32,162 nt of DNA from Thermoanaerobaculia bacterium (GTDB taxonomy: Bacteria; Acidobacteriota; Thermoanaerobaculia; Gp7-AA8). The position numbers and the translations under genes are program-made. The notes under the pieces were generated by a model, which searched no databases, was not told the origin of the DNA, and saw only the letters and a program-made list of their open reading frames with translations. The stretch lies in the NCBI GenBank assembly GCA_035276365.1, contig DATELS010000659.1:1-32162 (forward strand), in the 5' to 3' direction. Shown here one piece after another: positions 25,376-32,162 of the stretch (positions are counted from its first letter, which is position 1; the number at the start of each line of letters is the position of its first letter).

Positions 25376-25780
25376 CTAGTAGAGAGCTTTGATGTCGGTT
25401 TCGTCGAGGCCGAGAGCCGACGCGAAGAACATGGCCGAGTCGAAATCGTCCAGCCTGCCGCCAGCGCTCATCAGGTCGGCATCGCTCGAATCACCAATAC
25501 TCTGCGCTTGGGACAAAACGAGAGGTTTCATGTGTGAAAACAGGAATCCGGCGTATTGACGGACTTTCTGGATGCCGGCCGCACGAAGCTCCGCGGGATG
25601 TGCCGTCTGCCATGAAATGCCTTCCTTGAGCAGCCGGTTCGGCAGGAACTTGTTCATCAACCCGGCCTCTCGCACCCATTCGTGCGGCTCATCGAGTTCC
25701 TGGGCAATAGGGTCGTCGGGCATCTTCTTCCAGCGAGCTACCGCCAGACGCATCGCGATCACCTTCGGGTCTGTCGCCAT
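25376..25780 (-). CDS. Hypothetical 134-aa cytosolic protein, first gene of the minus-strand pair
   Basis: Strong SD (AAAGGAGAACACTATG). The stop lies 8 nt from the next gene's ATG. No recognisable domain. Confidence 0.65.
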   Translation of the reverse strand: MATDPKVIAMRLAVARWKKMPDDPIAQELDEPHEWVREAGLMNKFLPNRLLKEGISWQTAHPAELRAAGIQKVRQYAGFLFSHMKPLVLSQAQSIGDSSDADLMSAGGRLDDFDSAMFFASALGLDETDIKALY

Positions 25781-26097
25781 AGTGTTCTCCTTTCAGGGAA
25801 GTGAGAGGGCCACGAACTGCAAATTCCCCGCGCTTCCTCGATCGTCGACCGCTCTGTTCGACGACGCCCCTACCTCGGCCGACGGAACCGGGCGACGCGG
25901 AAGCGAAAGGAGGAGGCGATGGAGACGTCCGACGGCACGAGGAGCGATCGTTCGGTAGAACGAGCGATCAGACCGCAAAGTGACACGCTCAGCTGCGTGC
26001 TTCGCGGGGCAACTGCAGCGGTAAGGCCTGCAGCCGATGCCAGTAGCGCTCGCGAAAATGCCCGGCGCGAGCGCGCCCCTCACCCCACCGCAAGCAC

Positions 26098-26161
26098 CAG
26101 CGGTTAGAACGCGCGCCTGTCACGCCGGAGGTCGCGGGTTCGAGCCCCGTCGGCCCCGCCA
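26098..26161 (+). repeat. Partial copy of tRNA-Asp, D-loop to CCA (att copy 3)
   Basis: CAGCGGTTAGAACGCGCGCCTGTCACGCCGGAGGTCGCGGGTTCGAGCCCCGTCGGCCCCGCCA differs from the intact gene by 1 gap and 3 substitutions, with a perfect run of more than 30 nt. It lacks the 5' acceptor strand, and its anticodon stem is disrupted. Confidence 0.85.
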
Positions 26162-26345
26162 AACTAAAGTTTTCACCAGCCGCCAATTCGGCGGCTTTCG
26201 TGTTTTGTGGCGGATCGCAAGAAATCGCAGACTCGCAAGGTCGCGAGTTTCGCCAGCGGAAATTTGCGCAGGCCCGCGACCAGAAGGCAAAAGTTAAGCA
26301 TTTCGGCGTGAGTGGTCCACGGAAAAAGTGCGCCGACGAAGCGGC
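26162..26345 (+). repeat. Conserved non-coding left-arm module, copy B (homologous to 19623-19860)
   Basis: Hairpin AGCCGCC-AATTC-GGCGGCT with a T-rich tail. ATCGCAAG, ATCGCAG and ACTCGCAAG repeats at 26214-26239 plus GGTCGCGA. TTTCGGCGTGAGTGGTCCACGGAAAAAGTGCGCCGAC at 26301-26337. Confidence 0.65.
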
Positions 26346-26523
26346 GGCCGACGATTGGCGGCGGTGGAACAGTGGCTGGCGTGCTGCGACAGAGCGTGAC
26401 GCTAACGCGCGCTGCACGTCCCCAACACGAGATCGGCGGGCGACCGTGCGTCACGACTCCATCAGGTCGACGAAGTGCACGTCGTCGTTCGTGACTTTCC
26501 GTTACATCGACTAGCCCAAAGGG

Positions 26524-27231
26524 TTGTTTGCTGCGCAATGTCGGACCGCTGGCTGCAACGAGCAAATAAGCACGCTCCTCGATGCGGTGCATAAGCCTGC
26601 CGCCCCACACGATGAAGGCTCATTTTTCGGCGCCTTGCTCGACGTGCGCTTTGGGCCGGAGGGACTGAGGGATCACGTCGTCGCTATCCTCAATCGGCTA
26701 AAAGATCGCCAGATACACGACACCGACCATGCCCTCTTTGATGCTCTGTGTTATGTCGCCGCCTGTCATGCCGTCGGCATCACTGGCATCAATGAGAAAG
26801 TCCTCGCGGATCTAGTCAATATTCCTAACGGCTGGGTGCAAACACGGGTTGTGAATCCACTGGGCGAAGAAGCTGCAGCCGTTCGAAGCGCGGCACACGT
26901 AGTAACGCGTCACAGTAAAGTAGCTCGCGCGATCCTAGTTGCCGCCGAAAAGGATCTTGGTCCTGATATCGCAGAAATCTGGAGCTGCATAGTTCGCCAA
27001 ACCGCACGAACCGCGAAGAATGGCGGAGTCAGCCATGAGACTCATTCGAAGGTTCTCCACGCAGGCGCAAAATTGCAACGCGCCCTGCCGCAGCAGTTTA
27101 CTGAGCATCGTCGTAAGGAAATCGCCGTTGCGGCAGCAACGGCATCAATCGCAGCCGAACCCGATCGGCTTTCCCGCATTGTTGATCTTAGTAAAACCTA
27201 TCGAAACGCAAGGGATTACACCGCTGAATAG
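26524..27231 (+). pseudogene. Fragment of a larger gene of unknown function; no ATG start
   Basis: The ORF opens with TTG and has no SD. It is followed 2 nt later by a second ORF in another frame, and G+C is lower. The helical, protein-like sequence reads like an internal or C-terminal part of a large protein. Confidence 0.4.
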
Positions 27232-27233
27232 AG

Positions 27234-27656
27234 GTGTTTCGCCAAAATCTTGCCAACCTTCCGTCGAGAATCGATTACCATTCGATCGTGCGAGGCTATT
27301 GGTATGAGTGGGGAGTGGCCGAGGGCGCAGCGGGAGACAGCGTTGCTCAGCGCGCCGCCGGCATATGGCTGCAAGGCCTCTCGCTCGCCGACCACCTAAG
27401 TACTGCCCCGATCACGATAGAAGATACCGGCATAGTTGTGCTGGCCTTGGGCTCGCATTCGGAAAACTCGCACGACCGAACTGTCCCTTCGCGCTCGCTC
27501 GGCGAGCCGCTTCGTATCTGGGCCGCGTTCCAGGTATGGGTTCGACTGCCAATTATTATCCTAAAGCGGCAAACTTTCTTGATACGCATGACACCGAAGC
27601 GGATAGGATCGACACGTCGCGCCCGAAAGATATTGACTAGGCGATCGGCTGGTTAA
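27234..27656 (+). pseudogene. Second fragment, probably continuous with 26524-27231 before a frameshift or stop
   Basis: The first half is protein-like (RIDYHSIVRGYWYEWGVAEGAAGDSVAQRAAGIWLQGLSLADHL). The second half degenerates into basic, low-quality sequence. Confidence 0.35.
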
Positions 27657-27732
27657 CATCGGCTGTAGTGCAATCGCACGGCGATCTAAGAGACACATTC
27701 CTCAAGCGACTGCTCCACCCGCGGACGTCTCC

Positions 27733-28263
27733 TTGATGATGCTACGCGAATTCTTTCCCATCGCGTCGAGAGTTTCACCCGCTAGCCTCCGACCTGTCAG
27801 CGCGACTGCTACGAAGAAAACCCTATTCGAATTTCGGAGTGACTTCGATGCACGGATTCATGCGGGCATTCAGCGGGTTTTGGCGAAGGCATGGCAGGCT
27901 GTGCCCGACCCTATGGCGGAGGAAGACCGTTTCAAGATCGCCAAACGAAATGCGCAAGACGAAATCGCGAGGTTGTCACCAAGCATCAAACGACAGGCGG
28001 AGCGTATTTCGAAACGCAGAAGTGGGAACCGCTTAAAGTGCCCAGTCAAACCGACGAAGGTGCCGCGTCATAAGACCGGGCATCGCGCCCGAAAAGCTAC
28101 CTGCTTCCAGCACGTCCAACGCCTGTCGAGCCATGAACCCGTGACAAATACCATGACCAGTTCAACGCTATTGACACAGCCCGAACTGGCGGCGACATGC
28201 GACTCTCTGCGCCAACGCGGACGGGATCGCGATCCGGCCACGCGTGCATTAGCGCAGTGTTAG
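27733..28263 (+). CDS. Questionable hypothetical ORF (176 aa) running into att copy 4
   Basis: TTG start, basic low-complexity middle, no recognisable domain. It may be non-coding or degraded. Confidence 0.2.
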   Translation: MMMLREFFPIASRVSPASLRPVSATATKKTLFEFRSDFDARIHAGIQRVLAKAWQAVPDPMAEEDRFKIAKRNAQDEIARLSPSIKRQAERISKRRSGNRLKCPVKPTKVPRHKTGHRARKATCFQHVQRLSSHEPVTNTMTSSTLLTQPELAATCDSLRQRGRDRDPATRALAQC

Positions 28264-28316
28264 ACCTGCGGCCTGTCACGCCGGAGGTCGCGGGTTCAAG
28301 CTGGTCCGCCGCGCCA
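28259..28316 (+). repeat. Partial copy of the tRNA-Asp 3' half (att copy 4)
   Basis: GTTAGACCTGCGGCCTGTCACGCCGGAGGTCGCGGGTTCAAGCTGGTCCGCCGCGCCA has a 28-nt perfect run (GGCCTGTCACGCCGGAGGTCGCGGGTTC) shared with the intact tRNA. The T-arm and acceptor are diverged. Confidence 0.8.
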
Positions 28317-28331
28317 AACTTCGCACTTGAT

Positions 28332-28361
28332 GCGCCGCCGAAAAGGCGGCGTTTTGTTTTT
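28332..28361 (+). terminator. Intrinsic terminator homologous to the one after the intact tRNA-Asp
   Basis: Stem CGCCGCC, loop GAAAA, stem GGCGGCG, followed by TTTTGTTTTT. ATGCGCCGCCG.AA.GGCGGCGTTTT is shared with 19161-19187. Confidence 0.75.
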
Positions 28362-28416
28362 GCAGATTGCTTCAACGGAAACGGCGTCTCCGTGACGAGT
28401 CGCTACACTACCGCCC

Positions 28417-31413
28417 ATGTTCGCGCTCCTCGCCATCCTCGGCGTCCTGCACGCAACGCCGGGGCCGCAGCGCGATGGCGTTGTCACCGCGTTTCTCGAC
28501 AGCCTCGCTGGCGCGAGTACCGATCCCCTCCTCCCCATCGCCTCGCCGGACGCGCTCGCGCTGCGCGATTGGCAACTTCTGCGCGCCGATCTCGAAACCT
28601 ACTCCTGCGTGACGATCCATCGTTCCGTCGTGACGGAAGCGCTGCGGACGGAGAACGAAGTCTCGTATGTCATCACCGTCGACGCGACGGGGATCGCGCG
28701 GGGCGCCGGGCATCGACCGTTGCGCGTGCCGAGCCGGTGGCACGTCGACGCCGTCCGCAACGCCGACGGCTGGCGGTTCCGCCGCGCGCTCCTCGGCTAC
28801 CGCGTCACCGCGCGGCAGTACATGAAAGAGCGCGATTGGACGCAGGAGCAGATCGAAGTCGTGGGCGGCGCGGAGCTCGAAGGCCTCTTGAAGACGATGG
28901 CCGATGAGCTGTCCGATCACGCCGAGCGCTTCATTCCGCAGATCGAGACACTGCGTGCGATCGCGCGCCGTCGCGGCCTCGCTCACGCCGACGTTTTCAC
29001 GACGCGCATGCTCTCCGTCGCCGCGCTGGCCTGGGGCAAGTCGCAGCAGGCGCGCGACTACGCGGAGGAAGCCTACGAGCTCGCAGAACAAACCGGAGAC
29101 GCCGACGATCTCGCCACCGTCGGCTTGACCCTCGGCACCACGCGATGGGTCGCGGGCGCCAACGACGCAGCGGATGCCTATCGCTGGTCCGCGTCGCTCA
29201 TGGATGTCGCCGACGATCCGCGCGCTTCGATGAAAGCGATGTACATGCACGGACTGCTCTTGATCTCGCACGGAGCGGTGCGCGGCGCAGTCGCGTCATT
29301 CAATGATCTCGCCGCGGCGGCGGAACGCTTCGATTGGACGGAGGGGCGATCGATCGCGGCGACGCAACTGTTCGCCGCGTATGAGGCCGTGCGCGAGACC
29401 GCGGGTGCACGCGGCGCCGCGCGTGATGCGCTCCATTACGCGGAGCGCCTGCACAACGAGCGCATGATCTCGATCGCCCGCTACAACCTCGCGATGGCGG
29501 AGTACGCGAGCGGCGATCGGGAAGCCGCGTCGGCGTTGATGACGATGCTCGCGGCGAGCAAGACCGCGACTCCCGCGGCGGCCGGGGCCGCGCGCCATCA
29601 ACTCGCGGAGATGTTGCTGCAAAGCGGCAAGATCGCGGAAGCGGACGCCGAGCTCACGCGCGCGCTCGAGGTGTCCCGCACTTCGCAAGACGTTCGGCTC
29701 ATCGCGTCGGTTTTGGATTCGATCGCACGTCTGAATCTGCAAGCCGGACGGCCCGAAGAGGCATTGCGCGTCGCCGACGAGGCCGAGGCGGTGCTGCGCA
29801 GCAAGCCGTCGGCCGTGGGCATGATGGGCATCGATCCGACGTGGAGCGTGCTCGCAACACGCGGCCGAGCATTGCGGCGCACGGGGCGCGTCGCGGACGC
29901 GCTGCTCGCGCTACAAATGTCGGTCGAACGCGTCGAGGCGCGGCGCGCGGAGATCGAAGCGGACGAGCTGACGCTCGCCTCGTTCATGCAGGACAAAGCC
30001 ACGCCGTATCGCGAGCTCGCGTCGCTGCTCATCGAGCAGGGACGCGTTCCCGAAGCCCTCATCATCGCCGAGCGTCTCCGCGCCCGCGCCCTCGGCACCT
30101 CCGTCGCGCGCGGCGGCGTCGAGCGTCTGCCGCCGATGTCCGCAGCGGACAAGAAGCGCTATGACGCGCTCAACGCCGCCATCGCGGAGCTGAATCTGAA
30201 GCTGCTCGCACATCGCGACGACTCGCTGCGCCGCACACTGCAAGAGCAGCGGCTCGAGCTGCGCGCATTCCTGTTCACGCTGTACGCGCAGCGGCCGGAG
30301 CTGAGCGCGCGCCGCGCGGAAGATCCGCAGATCGTGCTGGACGACCCGCACCGCCTCCTCCCCGACCGGGCGGAGGCGCTGCTGACGTTCACCGTGCATG
30401 ACGACGAGACGTTCGCGTTCTTCATCGAGCGACACGGCGAGCAGCTCGACGTCACGGTGCGCCGCGTGCGCGTGCGGCGCGATGCGCTCGAGCGCCAGGT
30501 CGACGAGCTCGTGTCGGCGATCGGACGACGCAGCCTCGACTATCGCCGCGGCGCACGCGCGTTGTACGACCTTCTCGTGGCCGGGTTCGAGCCGCGCAGG
30601 CGCGCGAAGAAGCTGTTGACGATCGTCCCGGACGGCGTTCTGTGGCGGCTTCCCTTCCAGACGTTGCTGCGACCCGATGGCGAGCCGTTGGTGACGCGAG
30701 TGGCGATTGCATACGCGCCGTCGCTCGCGCTACTGCGCGCGGAGCGACACGAACCGCATGCATCGCCCGATCTGCGACTGCTGGCCGTTGCCGATCCCTC
30801 CGTGCCGCACGCGACGCAGACGGCGGCGCGCACTCTCGCCGGCGCCGCGCGACTGACGCCGCTTCCCGATGCGCGGCGCGAGGTACGCGAGATCGCGGCG
30901 TTGTACGACAACCGCAGCCGCGTCCTGATCGGCGCCGATGCTTCGGAGGCGGCAGTGAAGCGGCAGCTCGGCGACGCGCGCATTCTCCACCTCGCGACGC
31001 ACGGCCTCATCGACGATGCGTCGCCGATGCATTCGGCGGTCGTGCTCAACGCCACCGGCGCGGACGACGGATTGCTCGAAGCGCGCGAGATCCTCGAGCT
31101 CGGACTGAGCGCCGACCTGGCCATCCTCTCCACGTGCGAATCGGCGCGCGGCGGCTTGAGTCCGGGCGAAGGCATGATCGGACTCTCGTGGGCACTGATG
31201 GTGGCGGGATGCCGCAACACGATGGTGAGCCATTGGAAAGTGGCGTCGCGCAGCACCGCCGATCTGATGATCGCGTTTCATCGAGCGCTGAAGCGTCCCG
31301 GCGCGACGTACGCGTCCGCGCTGCGCGAGGCGCAACTGGCGATGCTGCGCACGAACGAGTTTCGCCATCCGTTCTACTGGTCGCCGTTCGTCCTGATCAC
31401 GACTTCCCAGTAG
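28417..31413 (+). CDS. TPR-repeat CHAT-domain (caspase-like) protease, paralog 2
   Basis: The 998-aa ORF has a hydrophobic N-terminus MFALLAILGVLHA and a long TPR-like middle. The CHAT region has ILHLATHG and LAILSTCESARG dyad contexts and a C-terminal FYWSPFVL. G+C matches the core genome. Confidence 0.85.
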   Translation: MFALLAILGVLHATPGPQRDGVVTAFLDSLAGASTDPLLPIASPDALALRDWQLLRADLETYSCVTIHRSVVTEALRTENEVSYVITVDATGIARGAGHRPLRVPSRWHVDAVRNADGWRFRRALLGYRVTARQYMKERDWTQEQIEVVGGAELEGLLKTMADELSDHAERFIPQIETLRAIARRRGLAHADVFTTRMLSVAALAWGKSQQARDYAEEAYELAEQTGDADDLATVGLTLGTTRWVAGANDAADAYRWSASLMDVADDPRASMKAMYMHGLLLISHGAVRGAVASFNDLAAAAERFDWTEGRSIAATQLFAAYEAVRETAGARGAARDALHYAERLHNERMISIARYNLAMAEYASGDREAASALMTMLAASKTATPAAAGAARHQLAEMLLQSGKIAEADAELTRALEVSRTSQDVRLIASVLDSIARLNLQAGRPEEALRVADEAEAVLRSKPSAVGMMGIDPTWSVLATRGRALRRTGRVADALLALQMSVERVEARRAEIEADELTLASFMQDKATPYRELASLLIEQGRVPEALIIAERLRARALGTSVARGGVERLPPMSAADKKRYDALNAAIAELNLKLLAHRDDSLRRTLQEQRLELRAFLFTLYAQRPELSARRAEDPQIVLDDPHRLLPDRAEALLTFTVHDDETFAFFIERHGEQLDVTVRRVRVRRDALERQVDELVSAIGRRSLDYRRGARALYDLLVAGFEPRRRAKKLLTIVPDGVLWRLPFQTLLRPDGEPLVTRVAIAYAPSLALLRAERHEPHASPDLRLLAVADPSVPHATQTAARTLAGAARLTPLPDARREVREIAALYDNRSRVLIGADASEAAVKRQLGDARILHLATHGLIDDASPMHSAVVLNATGADDGLLEAREILELGLSADLAILSTCESARGGLSPGEGMIGLSWALMVAGCRNTMVSHWKVASRSTADLMIAFHRALKRPGATYASALREAQLAMLRTNEFRHPFYWSPFVLITTSQ

Positions 31414-32162
31414 TGCGCGCGAGGATCGCCTTCGCGTCGCGGTTCCCCTCCGCCGCCGCCTTGCGCAGCGCTGCCTCCGCCTCTTTCCGCAGACCCGCCG
31501 CGGCATAGACAACGGCGTGCAACAGCGGATCGTCGGGATGCGCGCGCAGCGCGGCGTCGATGTTCTGCTCGTCCTCCACCGACGTGATGCGAAACAACGC
31601 CTGCGGCTCATCGGCGCGCGGTAGCACTTCCTCCCCGGCGTCCGTGTGGACATCCACCTCCCATGCGTACGTCCGCCCCCGTGCAAGCGGACGCGTGGGA
31701 GTCCAGTACGGCACGTGCAGCGGCTTGCTGTGGAGGACGTCCTCGTCTCCCGAGTCGATGATGACGACGTACGTCGCGCCGGCGCGCGCGGTCCAGGTCA
31801 GGCGCGGCTGGGCGTCGCGGATCACACGTCCGACTGGATCGAGGGACGCGCGTGGAGCGTCGGTGGTATCGCGCAGCGTATCGGCGGCGGGAGTCAGCTC
31901 GGCAAGCGTCGGAGGAAACGGCAACGCCTTCTGTGCAATCGCGGCGGCGACCATTCGTTGCCACGTTGGACTGGCGTACGTTCGCAATGGCGTCTTCGGC
32001 ACAGGACGATGAACGACGACACGCGGTGCCGCGGGCGGCGGTTCGGGACGGCGGTAGAGCACAACCACGCAGACAATCAGGAGCGCCGCGGCAGCAGCGG
32101 GAAAGGCCCATCGCCATTGTGGCGGCCTCGGCGCCGGCAGAGCGCGTCGGGTCGCGCGGAGA
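31397..32162 (-). CDS. Single-pass membrane protein (anti-sigma-factor-like topology), partial; 5' end outside the window
   Basis: The reading frame stays open upstream of the track start at 32068 through ...PQWRWAFPAAAAALLIVCVVVLYRRPEPPP (a TM helix) to the window edge. The extracytoplasmic part has a beta-rich region and a C-terminal TPR-like helix pair. It overlaps the CHAT2 3' end by 17 nt, convergently. Confidence 0.6.
   Translation of the reverse strand, partial: LRATRRALPAPRPPQWRWAFPAAAAALLIVCVVVLYRRPEPPPAAPRVVVHRPVPKTPLRTYASPTWQRMVAAAIAQKALPFPPTLAELTPAADTLRDTTDAPRASLDPVGRVIRDAQPRLTWTARAGATYVVIIDSGDEDVLHSKPLHVPYWTPTRPLARGRTYAWEVDVHTDAGEEVLPRADEPQALFRITSVEDEQNIDAALRAHPDDPLLHAVVYAAAGLRKEAEAALRKAAAEGNRDAKAILARTTGKS

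Larger units (their letters stand above)
19152..28316. mobile_element. Composite, apparently integrase-less genomic island array at tRNA-Asp; three tandem segments bounded by tRNA-Asp 3'-half repeats
   Basis: Direct repeats of the tRNA 3' half plus downstream hairpin occur at 19571-19622, 26098-26161 and 28259-28316. G+C is visibly lower than in the flanks, the cargo is orphan or degraded, and segments II and III share homologous left arms. Confidence 0.7.

Noticed and set aside
25919-26107. 62-aa ORF with an AGGAGG-like sequence upstream
   Set aside because: Third-position bias is weak and the composition is basic and Ser/Arg-rich. The ORF runs into the tRNA-Asp fragment, so it is more likely part of the non-coding right arm of island segment II.
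26098-26161. Possible second functional tRNA-Asp gene
   Set aside because: No 5' acceptor strand is present upstream, and the anticodon-stem 5' strand is mutated (CGCGC against GCCGG). It is a fragment, not a gene. The same applies to 19571-19622 and 28259-28316.
19152-28316. Search for integrase, excisionase or transposase genes that would mobilise the islands
   Set aside because: No ORF in any frame shows tyrosine- or serine-recombinase or DDE-type hallmarks that I can recognise. The short MTSSTLLTQPELAA stretch near 28150 is too weak to call an AlpA-like excisionase. The absence should be confirmed with HMM searches.
28408-31686. Minus-strand ORFs opposite CHAT paralog 2 (28408-29271, 29598-30152, 30540-31256, 30730-31686)
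   Set aside because: These are Arg/Ser/Ala-rich antisense artefacts. The plus-strand frame is a continuous TPR-CHAT protein.

Overview
High-G+C bacterial chromosomal segment. The taxon cannot be determined from sequence alone; the gene families resemble soil Acidobacteriota or Gemmatimonadota. The window has two parts.

(1) Positions 1-19.1 kb form a regulator-dense core region. It contains a partial fpg/mutM, a DUF885 protein, DUF2911, and two single-domain receivers. It also holds a PAS-PAS hybrid histidine kinase next to a receiver::ECF-sigma fusion, and two tandem GspE/PilB-type ATPases, one fused to a GAF domain, downstream of rlmI. The rest is a YbjN-like protein, a tandem USP, a PDZ-polytopic-GAF-Zn-ribbon-Ser/Thr kinase, tRNA-Val, an ACT protein, an AI-2E transporter and rfbC.

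(2) An intact tRNA-Asp(GTC) at 19075-19151 is followed by three further partial copies of its 3' half, each with a downstream hairpin, at about 19.57, 26.10 and 28.26 kb. These delimit three tandem segments that are visibly lower in G+C and contain no integrase, a pattern expected from serial site-specific integrations.

The middle segment carries the most interesting candidate: a roughly 880-aa TPR-CHAT (caspase-like) protease, translationally coupled (ATGA overlap, strong SD) to an unrecognisable 300-aa protein. It also carries a convergent two-gene operon of unknown function (a 134-aa cytosolic protein and a 337-aa secreted, beta-rich protein). A second TPR-CHAT paralog sits just past the last att copy, convergent with a partial single-pass membrane protein.

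I recognised no rRNA, CRISPR array, transposase or integrase. Many long track ORFs are antisense artefacts of high-G+C DNA.
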